Shown here: positions 15,468-31,589 of the stretch, one piece after another
How the letters are laid out: each line of letters begins with the position of its first letter
Position numbering within the stretch: the stretch's first letter is position 1
Origin: the human T2T-CHM13v2.0 reference genome, Homo sapiens
Reading direction: 5' to 3' (one strand)
NCBI RefSeq assembly: GCF_009914755.1
Contig: NC_060935.1
Length of the DNA: 64,000 nucleotides
Made by a program: the position numbers and the translations under genes
Notes under the pieces: generated by a model
What the model was told of the DNA's origin: nothing
The model's input: only the letters and a program-made list of their open reading frames with translations
Database searches by the model: none

Positions 15468-15527
15468 AAATTCTAACTCCATCTTCTTCAGACTCCAGGA
15501 GAAAAAACATGTCTTAAACTCTCTTAT
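15345..15527 (-). CDS. XNDC1N: Candidate stop-containing exon of XNDC1N, antisense to DEFB131B exon 2
   Basis: Minus-strand acceptor ttcatag|ata (AG at 15529-15528), phase 0, matching the donor at 46976. Open for 60 codons [60 protein letters not shown], then TGA. The polypyrimidine tract is weak. Extra support is my recollection that annotated XNDC1N continues ...[14 protein letters not shown]. Confidence 0.7.
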   Translation of the reverse strand: MREFKTCFFSWSLKKMELEFSPLLLSINLNDLQFAADAEVSTVSNCMFISIALQSAMIIF

Positions 15528-15699
15528 CTATGAATAATTAACATGATAGATGAAAATTATTATAATTGCATGTTTAGATGGTCAGGTGAAAATGAATATA
15601 AATTTTATAAATGCTTACACTCTATTTTCATTTGTGCATTTTAACATTTACTCCCTTAATTTACATCCACAGCCACATTGTTGTTTCACCCATAGTACT

Positions 15700-16575
15700 A
15701 TATCCGATGCGGGGAGTAAGAGCCAGCCCCTTTTGCCCCCCTGGCTCTTAGAACCCCTATCGCAGGGGGGTGAGGCACCACCAGCGATGCTGGGAGTAAG
15801 AGCCAGCCCTTCTTGCCCCTCTGACTCTTAGGACCCCCATTGCAGGGGGATGAGGAGCCCCCCACGATGCAGGGAGTAAGAGCCAGCCCCTCTTGCCCCC
15901 CTGGTTTTTAGGATCCGCGGTGGATACACAGCCTGTTTATCAAATTGTGAGTAATATCATCTCCCGCTCTGGAGATTATGAACTGTTTCACAAACCGGTG
16001 TACACCCTGGGTATACAGAGATTGTACACCCGTCTGTATTGGGTGTCATATCATCTTCTTCCTCCCTGAATATTAAGAACAGTATCAAAGGGGTGTTTCT
16101 ACTCCCTGGGATATCGCGTGTCATATCCTCCTCTCCCAAGTTGCAATTAGAAACAATATCAGTGGGGGTGTGTCCACCTTCTGTGATATTGAAAGTAATA
16201 TCACATTCTTCCCTCCAGGATCATGGGAACAATATCCTTGGTGGTGTCCACTTTCTGCCATATATATAGTCCTATCAGCCCCTCCGCTTTGGAATGTTAT
16301 TAAGGACCATCTCACACGGGGGTGTACACTTCCTGCGATGTTGGGAGTAATAGCATTTTCTTCTTCTGTGAATTAGGAGCAAAATCACCGGGTGGATGCA
16401 CACCCAGTGCTATATTGGGAGTAACATCATACTCCACCCCTTGGAGATTATATTCGGATCAATATCACCGGCTGAGTGTACACCTACTGCGATATTGAAC
16501 GTAATATCATGCTCTCTCCCACCCTGGACATTAGGAGCAATATCACAGGTGGGTGTACACCCACTGAGGTATTAG
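15700..16575. repeat. SATR1-type satellite, starting with ~2.7 GC-rich 79-bp variant units (15706-15915)
   Basis: Units cgatgc(g)gggagtaagagccagccc start at 15706, 15785 and 15864. Degenerate gatattgggagtaatatcatcctctccc units follow. Confidence 0.85.
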
Positions 16576-16912
16576 GGAGTAATATTAGTGTGAATTATAC
16601 CTCATTTATTATTAACATGAATATGAATGACCGATATTAATATTAATATTAAGAAATAATTGCTAATAAAGTTTTCAGATTATTAATATTAATATTAATT
16701 CTTAGGAGCTAATATTACTGTTTTCTAATGAATAAGATCAATATCAGTTATTAATATCAGGCATCATTAATCATTAATATTAATCATGTATTGTTACCAT
16801 TAGTATAACTATTTAATATTAATTATCATTATTATCGGTATTGATTTTTAAAAATATTATGGGTTATTAATATTGATAATTATTAGTGTCAATTAATAAT
16901 TGAGATTATTAA
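16575..16912. repeat. AT-rich low-complexity segment at the satellite/ERV junction (copy 1)
   Basis: Dense taatatta/attaat motifs. Near-identical segment at 39035-39370. Confidence 0.85.
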
Positions 16913-16914
16913 TT

Positions 16915-19900
16915 GCGGTAAGTCGCATTGCGCCATTCCACTCCTCCCTCGGCAGCTCGTTTACGACCCAAAAGGGGACACAAATGCCCCTGAGAGAGCA
17001 GCCGTAGACTGGGATAGATGAGGATGGTCACGTGGTGGAGAGGCGTGTTTTTGGGTACCAGCCCTTCACCTGCGTCAATCTTCTCAACTGAAAAAACAAT
17101 ACACCGTCCTATACCGAAAAGCCACAAGCCCTAATTGATTTGCTCCAAACTGTTATCCAGACCCACAACCCCACCTGGGCTGATTGGCACCAGTTGCTCA
17201 TGTTCCTCTTTAACAGCGAAGAAAGGCGGAGAGTCCTCAAGCAGCAACTAAGTGGCTAGAGGAACATGCACCAGCTGATTATCAAAACCCCCAAGAGTAT
17301 GGAAGGACCCAGTTGCCAGGAACAGACCCCCAGTTGGACCCACATGAAAGAGAGGATATGCAAAGGCTAAACCGAGACAGGGAAGCTCTCTTGGAAGGAT
17401 TAATGAGGGGAGCTCAGAAGGCCACAAACGTTAACAAGCTCTCTGAGGACATTCAGGGTAAAGAAGAAAGTCCAACACAATTCTACGAGAGACTGTGGGA
17501 GGCCTATCGTATGTATACTCCCTTTGATCCTGATAGCCCTGAAAATCAGCGCATGATTCCCATGGCTTTAGTCCGTCAAAGCGCAGAAGACATGAGAAGA
17601 AAACTGCAGAAACAGGCTGGGCTTGCAGGGATGAATCCATCCCAATTACTAGAAATAGCTAGCCAGGTGTTTGTAAACAGGGATGCAGTAAGCCGTAAGG
17701 AAAACGGCAAAGAGAATGGAGGTCAGGCCCGGCGATATGCCGACCTGTTTGTCAGCTGCAGCAATCAGAGGGGCCCCCACAAAGAGGCAAGGGAAGGGAG
17801 GCCCTGGGAAAGAAACTCAGCTTGGCTGTCAGAGTTTGCAGCATAACCAGTGTGCTGATTGTAAAGAAATAGGACAGTGGAAGAACAAATGCCCTCAGCT
17901 CAAAAGAAAACAAGGTGACTCAGAGCAGGAGGCCCCGGACAAGGAGGAAGGGGCCCTGCTCAACCTGGCAGAAGGGTTCTTGAACTGAGGGAGACAAGAC
18001 TCAAGCGTCCCCATTGAGCCTCTGGTCACAATGACAGTCGGGGGTGGAGACATTGACTTTCTTGTAGATAGCGGTGCTGAACATTCGCTAGTAACCGCCC
18101 CGGTCGCCCGGTTATCCAAAAAGACTATTGACGTCATCGGAGCCACGGGGGTTTCAGCAAAGCAAGCTTTCTGCTTGCCTTGCACTTGTACTGTAGGAGG
18201 ATATAAAGTCATTCATCAGTTTTGGTACATGCCTGACTGTCCCTTGACCTTTTCGGGAAGGGACTTGCTCAGCAAGCTGAGAGCCACTATCTCTTTGACA
18301 GAGCACGGCTCTTTGCTGCTAAAGTTACCAGGAACGGGAGTCATTATGACACTTGTGGTCCCCCGAGAGGAGGAAAGGAGACTTTTCTGAACTGAGCCAG
18401 GCCAAGAGAGAAGACCAGCTCTGGCTAAGCGGTGGCCAAGAGTATGGGCAGAAGACAACCCTCCAGGATTGGCCAGTTAAGACTGGGGCCCTGCCAGTGA
18501 GGCAAAAACAGGGGCCGGTCCCCAGAGAAGCCCTTCAAGGTATCCAGGTCCATCTCAAGCACCTAAGAACTTTTGGAATTATTGTTCCTTGTCGGTCTCC
18601 ATGGAACACTCCCCTCCTGTCTGTTCCCAAGTCACGGACCAAGAACTACCAGCCGGTACAGGATTTGCGCTTGCTTCATCAAGCTAAACTGACTTTCCAT
18701 CCAACAGTACCTAACCCGTCCACATTGTTGGGGTTCCCGCCAGCTGAGGACAGCTGGTTCACCTGCTTGGACCTGAAAGATGCTTTCTTTCCTATCAGAT
18801 TAGCCCCTGAGAGGCAGAAGCTGTTTGCCTTTCAGTGGGAAGATCCGGAGTCAGGTGTCACTACTCAGTACACTTGGACCGGGCTTCCCCAAGGGGTCAA
18901 GAACTCCCCCACCATCTTCGGGGAGGCGTGGGCTCGAGACCTCCAGAAGTTTCCCAGCAGAGACCTAGGCTGCGTGTTGCTCTAGTAGGTTGATGACCTT
19001 CTGCTGGGACACCCCACGGCAGTTGGGTGTGCCAAGGGAACAGATGCCCTACACCGGCACCTGGAGGACTGTGGATAGAAGTGTCCAAGAGGAAAGCTCA
19101 GATCTGCTGACAGAAGGTATGTTACTTGGGATTGACTATCCGACAGGGGTGGGAAGGCAGCCCGGGATCAGAAAGAAAGCAGGTCATTTGCCATCTAGCG
19201 GAGCCTAAGAGCTGAAGGCAGGTGAGAGAATTCTTAGGAGCTGTGGGGTTTTGTAGACTATGGATCCCAAACTTTGCAGTATTAGCCAAGCCTTTGTATG
19301 CGGTCACCAAGGGGGCGGGGACCGGGAAACTTTGGAATGCGGATGCCAACAACAGCAAGGCTTTCATGAGTTAAAGGAAAACCTCTGGCAGCCCCAGCCC
19401 TGGGGCTACCCGATCTAACAAAGCCTTTTCCATTATATGCATCAGAGAGAGAAAAGATGGCAGCTGGACTTTGAACCCAGACTGTGGGGCCCAGGCCGAG
19501 GCTGGGGGCCTACCTCTCTCAACAACTAGACGGGGTTTCTAAAGGATGGCCCCCCTGTTGGAGGGCCTTGGCAGCAACTGCCCTGCTAGTACAAGAAGCA
19601 AATAAGCTGACTCTTGGGCAAAAACTGAACATTAAGGCCTCCCGTGCTGTCGTGACTTTAATGAATACTAAAGGACATCATTGGCTAACGAATGCCACAC
19701 TCACCGACTACCAGACTTTGCTCTGTGAAAATCCCCGTATAACCATTGAAGTTTGTAACACCCTCCACCCCGCCACCTTGCTCCCGGTATCAAAGAGCCC
19801 TGTCAAGCCTGGTTGTGTAGAAGTGTTGGACTCAATTGACTCTAGCAGACCTGACCTCTGGGACCAGCCTTGGGCATCAGTAGACTGGGAACTATACTTG

Positions 19901-21003
19901 GATGGGAGCAGCTTCTTCAACCCCCAAGGAGAGGTGGAGGGTATGCAGGGGTAACCCTGGACACTGTTGTTGAAGCCACATCATTGCCCCAGGCCACTTC
20001 AGCCTAGAAAGCTGAACTCATTGCTTTCATTCGGGCCTTAGAACTCAGTGAGGGTGAGACTGTCAACATTTACACTGATTCTAGGTATGTCTTTTCAACC
20101 CTTCAAGTTCATGGAGCGTGATAGAAAGAAAAGGGCCTATTGAATTCTAGGGAAGAGACAGAAAATATCAACAAGAAATCTTGCAATGATTAGAAGCAGT
20201 ATGGAAACCCCACAAGGTGGCAGTTATGCATTGCAGGGGACACCAGCGAGCTTCCACCTGGCTGGGTTTGCGGAATTCCCGCGCTGACTCAGAGGCTCGA
20301 AAAGCAGCATCTTCCCCCTTCTGGGCATCAGGGCTCCCTCAAGCACCTGATCTGGGACCTACTTCTTCTAACGAAGAAAAGGACTTTCTCCAGGTAGAGG
20401 GAAGGACAAGTGATGGAGGAAGGATGGATTCGGTTAGCAGATGGGAGAGTAGCTGTGCCACAGCTGCTAGGAGCTGCAGTTGTACTGGCTGTGCAAGAAA
20501 CCACCCATCGAGGTCAGGAGTCACTGGAAAAGTTGTTAGGCCGGTATTTCTACATCTCGCCTTTGTCTGCCCTGGCCAAAACGGTGAGGCAGCCATGTGT
20601 TACCTGCCGACAGCATGATATGAGGCAAGGTCTAGCTGTTCTGCCCGGCATAAGAGCTTCTGGAGCAGCCCCCTTTGAAGGTCTCCAAGTGGACTTCACA
20701 GAGATGTCAAAATGTGGAGGTAACAAGTATGTAGTAGTTCTTGGGCATACCTACTCTGGGTGGGAGGAGGCCTATCAAACACGAACAGAGAAATCTCGTG
20801 AAGTAACCCCTGTGCTTCTTCGTGATCTGATTCCTAGATTTCGACGGCCTTTAGGGATCGGCTCAGACAACGGGCCTGCGTTTTTGGTTGCCTTGGTACA
20901 GAAGACGGCAAAGGTATTGGGGATCACACGGAAACTGCATGCAGCCTCCCGGCCTCAGAGTTCCGGAAAGGTGGAGTGGATGAATCGGACTATCAAAAAT
21001 AGT
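16915..21003 (+). mobile_element. LTR-less HERV-E-like gag-pro-pol segment (copy 1, defective)
   Basis: Gag major homology region QGKEESPTQFYERL, zinc knuckle CADCKEIGQWKNKC, protease LVDSGA, RT LDLKDAFF/LPQG, RNase H and integrase LQVDF...SDNGPAF...QSSGKVE. Multiple stops and frameshifts. No LTR or env. Confidence 0.9.
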
Positions 21004-23495
21004 ACTATTGTTTTCCCCTCTGGATATTTAAAACAACACCACAAGGGGCATCAAACCACCTGCTAAATTTGAGGGAATGTTATCCTCTCCCCTCCTCCCC
21101 CGGCCCCGGATATTAGAGACAATAACACAGGGTTGATGTACACCCACTGCTTTATTGGGAGTAATATCATCCTCTCCCTTCTTGGATATTAGGAACAATA
21201 TCACATTGTGCGTGTACGCCTGTCGCGAAATTCAATGGAATGTCATCCTGCGCCTCCCTGGATATGACGAACAATATCACGGGGGATGTATAACTTCTGA
21301 GATATTGGGAGTGATATCATCCTCTCCCTTCTGGAACTTAGGGACAATATCTCAGGGATAGTGTACACCTTCTGGGATATTGGGATATCATCCTCCCGCC
21401 CACTGGATACTAAAAACCATATCACAAGGGGCGTGTACACACACTTTGATATTGGTATGAATACTATCCTCTCCCTCTTTGGATATTCGGTGCCATATTT
21501 CAGGTGGGGTATACACCACCTGCAATATTGGCAATAATATGATTTTCTCTCCCCCTGGATATCAGAAACAATATCACAGGGGGTTGTGAACAACCCCTGC
21601 GATATTTGGAGGAATATCATCGTCTCCCCTCATGATTATTAAGAACAATATCGTAGGGGTGGGGGATGTACACCCCCTTTCATATTTGATATCATCCTCT
21701 TCCCCCCTGGATATTAGGAACAATATCAGGAAGGGATGTACAGACCCTGCGACCTTTGCTGTCATAGAATTCTCTCTCCCCTAGATATTAGGAAAAAATG
21801 TCACTGGGGATGTGAACATCCCTGCGATATTGAGAGTAGTATCATCCTCTCCCCCCTTGCATATTGGGAACAACATCACAGGAGGGGTGTACTGCCTCTG
21901 TGATGTTGGGAGTGAAATTTTCCTCTCTTCCCCTGGACATTAGGAAGGGTATCAGGGGGAAGGTGTACATTCCCTGTGATATTCAACGTAACCTTATCCT
22001 CTCCCTCCCAGGGTATTCAGAACAATATTACAGGAGGGGTGTACACCCTCTGCGATATTGAAAATGATATCATACTCTTTCACTCTGGATGTTAGGAACA
22101 ATATCACAGGGTGGTGTACCCCCCCTGCGATATTGGGAGTCATATCATCCTCTCTCCCTGTGGATATTAGGAAGAGGATCACAGGGCTGTGGAAACCCCC
22201 TGCGGTCCTGGGAGTAATATCATCCTCTCTCCCTCTGAAAATAGGAAGATTTTCACAGGGGTGTGTTCACCCCCTGCGATATTGGGAGTAAGATCATCCT
22301 CTCCACCCAGGAAATGACTAACAAGGTCATGGGGATGTGTACTCCGCCTGCGATTTTGGGAGTAATGTCATCCTCCCCAAACCTGGATGTTAGCAACCAG
22401 ATCACAAAGGGGTTGTACACACCCTGCGACATTGGATGTAATATGATCCTCTCCCGACCTGGATACAGAGAAAGATACCACACCGCGGGTATACGTTTCC
22501 TACACTGTTGACAGCAATATCATTCTTTTCCTTTCTGGATATTAGGAAGAATATCACAGGGGTGCTGTACAATTACTTCGATATTGGGAGTAATATCATC
22601 CTCTATTTTCCTGGACATTGGGCACAAAAACAAAAAAGGGTGTACAACCCCTGCGATATTGGGAGTAATAGCATACTCTCCTTCCCTGGATGTTAGAAAA
22701 CAATATCATCGGGGCTGAACACCCCCCACGATGACGGGAGTCATGGTTACTCTTTCACAGGCCATTTGGAACAATATCACAGGGGGTGTTTACAAACAGG
22801 GGTGGTGTACACCCCCTGTGATATTGGGAGTAACATCATTCTCTCCACCTCCGGATATTAAGAACAATATCCCGGCGGGAGGTGGTACACCCCCAGTGAT
22901 ATTGCGAATAATGTCATCCTCTCCTTCCCTGGATATTAGGAACAATATCACAGGGGGGTGTACAACTTCTGTGATATTGGAAGCAATATCATCCTCTCCC
23001 CCGCTGGATATTAGAAAAAAATATCACTCACGGTGTACACCCACTGTGACATGAGGAGTAATATCTTCCTAGGGTATTACGAATAATTTCACAGTCTGTA
23101 CACACATGGTGTACACTCACTGTGGTATTAGGAGTAATATCTACCTAGTAGATAACAAATAACATCGCAGGGTGTACACCCACTTTGATATTAGGTGTAA
23201 TATTTTTCTAAGTTGTTACAAATAAGATCACAGGGTGTACCAACATGGTGTACACTCACTGTGATATCAGGAGTCGTATCTCTGTAATACCTTATGAATA
23301 ATATCACAGGGTGTACACCCACTGTATTATTAGGAGTAATATCTCTGTAGGATATTACAATTAAGATCACAGGGTGTAGAGCCACCATGATATTAGGAGC
23401 AATATCTTTCTAGGATATTACAAATAATATCACAGGGTGTACGCCCACTCTACTTTCAGGAGCAGTATCTCCCTAGGATATCAAAAATCCTGTCA
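21004..23495. repeat. SATR1/SATR2 satellite array
   Basis: Tandem ~72-80 bp imperfect units gatattgggagtaatatcatcctctccccctggatattaggaacaatatcacagggggtgtacacccc. Confidence 0.9.
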
Positions 23496-23499
23496 CATG

Positions 23500-23727
23500 G
23501 TGTCCAATCTCTGCCTTCCAGGTTCTAAGGGATTCTCCTGCTTCAGCCTCCTGAGTAGCTAGGGTTACCAGCCACCATGCCCGGCTAATTTTTTTTTTTA
23601 ATTTTCACTGGAGACGGGGTTTCACCAGGTTGGTCAGGCTGGTCTGGAACTCCTGACCTCAGGTGATCCATCAGCCTCGGCCGCCCAAAGTGCTGGGATT
23701 ACAGGTGTGAGCCATGGTACTGGGCCA
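23500..23727 (-). mobile_element. Partial AluS abutting the satellite
   Basis: ctctgcc...cctcagcctcctgagtagct...cccaaagtgctgggattacaggtgtgagcc. The Alu 3' end is missing. Confidence 0.85.
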
Positions 23728-24353
23728 AAAGTTATAGATTCAATTCATTTGGAAACACAGCTCCCATTTTTGAGTGTGCATGTACTTTTATGAAGAAATG
23801 ATGTCAGAAAACCGAAGGATGATGATAAATATGAAAAGTAATTGGCATGGGAAAAACTCTTCCGATTGAGAATTATATTTGATTTCATTTTCAGATAATG
23901 GGGTCCTAGCTCTTGTGTCGTCCTTTTACATATTCTACATCAATGGAAGTTGTAGCACCGTGTCAGAATAAAGTAGAGTGTATTTCATGGCTTCTTAATT
24001 TCTTTCAATTAGACTGAGATCTTTTTCTTCAAGAGAGAAGGACACTGTCATTGCATTGTATTTTTTCTGAAAAGAGTAGGCCGTATTTTACTGAGATCAC
24101 GGAGTTGTTATATGTGACGTTTTGGTCTTCTAATATTCTTCAGTGGATTTTCTCTAAAGTAGTATGAACAGAAAGCCTTGTATAGCAAAAAGTAAATCAC
24201 GTAATAATTCTGAGATTTTTGGAATTGTCACAACTGAGAAACATTGCTGGCGGTGTATGGTCCGCAAGTGTCAAGATGTTCCTTGTGAATTGCTTGCATC
24301 CAGCATTAAGGGCTGGTTTTTATCTTTTATTTTTCCAATCCTCTTTCCTTCTC

Positions 24354-25340
24354 AAGGTGTCCAAGACACACAGAGCCACGGAATCTCACAAGTGTCTGAG
24401 AATTCCTCCTCCTGGGACTCTCAGAGGATCCAGAACTGCAGCCGCTCCTCGCTTTGCTGTCCCTGTCCCTGTCCATGCATCTGGTCATGGTGCTGAGGAA
24501 CCTGCTCAACATCCTGGCTGTCAGCTCTGACTCCCCCCTCCACACCCCCACGTACTTCTTCCTCTCCAACCTGTGCTGGGCTGACACCGGTTTCACCTCG
24601 GCCACGGTTCCCAATATGATTGTGGACATGCAGTCGCATAGCAGAGTCATCTCTCATGCGGACTGCCTGACACAGATTTCCTTCTTGCTCCTTTTTGCAT
24701 GTATAGAAGGCATGCTCCTGACTGTGATGACCTATGACTGCTTTGTAGCCATCTGTTGCCCTCTGCACTACCCAGTCATCGTGAATCCTCACCTCTGTGT
24801 CTTCTTCGTTTTGGTGTCCTTTTTCCTTAGCCTGTTGGATTCCCAGCTGCACAGTTGGATTGTGTTACAATTCACCATCATCAAGAATGTGGAAATCTCT
24901 AATTCTGTCTGTGACCCCTCTCAACTTCTCAAACTTGCTTGTTCTGACAGCGTCATCAATAGCATATTCATGCATTTCCATAATACTATGTTTGGTTTTC
25001 TTCCCATTTCAGGGATCCTTGTGTCTTACTATAAAATCGTCCCCTCCATTCTTAGGATTTCATCGTCAGATGGGAAGTATAAAGCCTTCTCCACCTGTGG
25101 CTCTCACCTAGCAGTTGTTTGCTGATTTTATGGAACAGGCATTGGCGTGTACTTGACTTCAGCTCTGTCACCACCCCCCAGGAATGGTGTGATGGCGTCA
25201 GTGATGTACGCTGTGGTCACCCCCATGCTGAACCTTTTCATCTACAGCCTGAGAAACAGGGACATACAAAGTGCCCTGTGGAGGCTGCTCAGCAGAACAG
25301 TCGAATCTCATGATCTGTTCCATCCTTTTTCTTGTGTGGG
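24354..25340 (+). pseudogene. OR7E128P: Olfactory receptor family 7E pseudogene (probably OR7E128P)
   Basis: Single frame with [52 protein letters not shown]. No ATG at the usual position. Stops at 24397-24399 and 25123-25125. The symbol is from positional recall. Confidence 0.85.
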
Positions 25341-25924
25341 TAAGGGCAACCACATTAAATCTCTACTTCTGCAAATCCTGCCTCTTAGTCACATTATTTT
25401 TGTGGCTTGATGGCTTTTATTCCTTTCCGCATTTCCTTTGTGAATATTGCTTTCTTCGTTATGCCTTTAACTGGAATGGGTGAGGATTCTGGGATCCTTT
25501 GTTTAGCAGAAACCTCATGACTGAATCCTCTATACCTAGGCGGCCTCTTTTAGTTTCTGAGCAATAACCCTGTCATCCAGGTGGAATCACAACCATCTTT
25601 TCATATACACGAAGTCCTCACTTCGTTTTGGAATTCCCTGAAAACTGACTTTATGGAAACAATGTACAGGAGGTCCTCCAACACCATTGGTTGTTCAAAG
25701 TTATGTAGTTATACTGTTGATGAAAAATAAGTGGTTTCACTATACATAATTTTGCTTCAAGGTGACGTTTCCAAGAGACTTTCAAAGATGTTAAGTGAGG
25801 ACATACTGTACATCAAATTCATATCCTCTTCCACAGTTCATGTGGAATTTCTTTATAAACTGCTTCTATAGAATCTATTTAGGCAGGTTATGTAGAGAGA
25901 TCCATGTCGCCATTCTTCAATCTT

Positions 25925-26065
25925 GGCTTTGAGTCAAATCACCTGGGGAGTTAAAAATGATGAGGCCTGGGTCTCAATACCTGAGATTCTGATTTCCTTG
26001 CACCTGTGTGAGTGTGTGGATTTTTTTTTTTTTCTTTTAAAGCACCAGAGGTGGTTCCAATAATG
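25925..26065. mobile_element. MER5-like DNA transposon fragment
   Basis: aatcacctggggagttaaaaat...gagattctgatt...ttttaaagcaccagaggtggttc. Confidence 0.5.
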
Positions 26066-26222
26066 AAGTTTTTAGAGGCATCAAGCTCCAAAGAGTAAGA
26101 GCAGAAATTAATTGTAGTATGATTTCTTCAAATATTATCTTCAAATGCATTGTCCAGCAACACCATACAAATATTTATTATGTTGTTTTTTCTTACCATT
26201 TCGCATTTTCTATTTCTTTCCC

Positions 26223-29780
<3,558 letters not shown>

Positions 29781-30274
29781 GGCCATTCTATATGAAGTAA
29801 TATATATTTATAATTTTTAATATTTATATGTGGTATATTTTCCCATAATAAAAGATGAAAATTAAAGCAGTTGGATGTTTAAAAAGAAAAGAAAGAAGGG
29901 AAGAATACACACTAGCTTTCTCCTGATTAGAGGAAGAGCCCCAAATCTTCTATGGACACTCACTTTTCTCTTCTTCTTCTTGCATTATTATACGGACATC
30001 CTTAGAGGTTGGGGAACTTGGGTGACTTTGGCTAAGAAGGAGCTCTGTGCCTTGAGCCCCCCAGGCCACAGAATAGTAAATAGTCAGTCTGTGCCTCCAG
30101 CCCTGCAGTGTGGGGTTCCAGTCCTGTGGGCTCCACTCCCGTCACCTGTATCACCCTGTCTTCTTGCCAGCCTTGAAGACGGAGTCTGAGCCTCCATGGT
30201 GCACCACACAGGGAGGACAGTGGACCTGTTCTCCGTGGTCATGGCCCAGCAGAGGGGAAGGGCAGTTCAGTGAG

Positions 30275-31288
30275 TGTAGGGAAAAGAAAGAGATCAGACT
30301 CTTACTGTGTCTATGTAGAAAGGAAAGACATAAAAGACTCCATTTGGAGAAAGACCTGAACTTTCAACAATTGCTTTGCTGAGATGTTGTTAATGTGTAG
30401 ATTTGCCCCAGACACTTTGACCCAACCTGAAGCTCACAAAAACATGTGTTGTATGAAATCAAGGTTTAAGGGATCTAGGGCTGCGCAGGACGTGCCTTGT
30501 TAACAAGATGTTTCCAAGCAGTATACTTGGTAAAAGTCATCGCCATTCTCTATTCTCAATAAACCAGGGGCACGATACACTGTGGAAAGCCGCAGGGAGC
30601 CCTGCCCTTGAAAGCGGCATATTGTCCAAGTTTTCTCCCCATGTGATAGTCTGAAAAGTGGCCTCGTGGGAGGAGAAAGACCTGACCGTCGCCGAGCCCG
30701 ACACCCGTAAAGGGTCTGTGCTGAGGTGGATTAGTCAAAGAGGAAAGCCTCTTGCAGTTGAGAGAGAGGAAGGCCCCTGTCTCCTGCCTGCCCCTGGGAA
30801 ATGAATGTCTCGGTATAAAACCCGATTGTACATTTGTTCAATTCTGAGATGGGGGAAAAACCGCCCTATGGTGGGAGGCGAGACAAGTTTGCAGCAATGC
30901 TGCCTTGTTATTCTTTACTCCACTGAGATGTTTGGGTGGAGAGAAACCTAAATCTGGCTGATGTGCATGTCCAATCATAGTACCTTCCCTTGAACTTCAT
31001 TATGACATAGATTCTATTGCTCACATCTTCGTTGCTGACCTTCTCCTTATTATCACCCTGCCCTCCTACTACATTCGTTTTTGCTAAAATAATAAAAATA
31101 ATAATCAGTAAAAACTGAGGGAACTCAGAGGCCAGTGCCGGTGCAGATCCTTGGTATGCTGAGCGCCGGTCCCCTGGGCTCACTGTTGTTTCTCTATACT
31201 TTGTCTCTGTGTATTATTTCTTTCCTCAGTCTCTCATCCCACCCGACTAGACATACCCACAGCTGTGGAGGGGCAGGCCACCCCTTCA
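30275..31288 (+). mobile_element. Solo HERV-K(HML-2) LTR (LTR5A/LTR5B type)
   Basis: tgtagggaaaagaaagagatcagact...ggggcaggccaccccttca, 1014 bp, TG...CA ends. Perfect 6-bp TSD AGTGAG (30269-30274 and 31289-31294). gtataaaacc TATA-like box at ~30813. Confidence 0.93.
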
Positions 31289-31589
31289 AGTGAGTGCTGA
31301 GGGAGGGTCGGGAGCCTTGTTTGGTTCCCTTCTCCTCAGGACAAACAGGAGAGTGTGGTGGACAGATGGGAGGAGACCAATGTGCAAACTGTCCGCTCAG
31401 CAGACTGTGCAGTTTCTGTTCTTGGTTGTGCTGGGGGTCTCAGAAATCTTATTCAAAATTTTGCTCTCCTCCCCCACTGGTTGTCCTTTTCATAGACATC
31501 TCACTCATGATAGCAGGGAATCAGTCCCTCTAAACTATTCCCTAAGAACAACAAAAAGATTATGAAGGTGATGATGAGGATAAAGAGGA

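Noticed and set aside
17313-21066. Gag, protease, RT and integrase ORFs of 100-218 aa as functional genes
   Set aside because: They are broken by stops and frameshifts, the RT catalytic motif is destroyed, and there are no LTRs. The same applies to 39769-43259.
21155-23388. Repetitive ORFs such as ILGVISSSPPLDIRNNITGG
   Set aside because: Chance open frames in SATR satellite, also seen at 15957-16376 and 43371-44253.
21004-23495. CRISPR-like array of palindromic repeats next to RT/integrase ORFs
   Set aside because: The units are tandem degenerate satellite monomers with no unique spacers. The adjacent ORFs are retroviral, there are no cas genes, and the DNA is primate.
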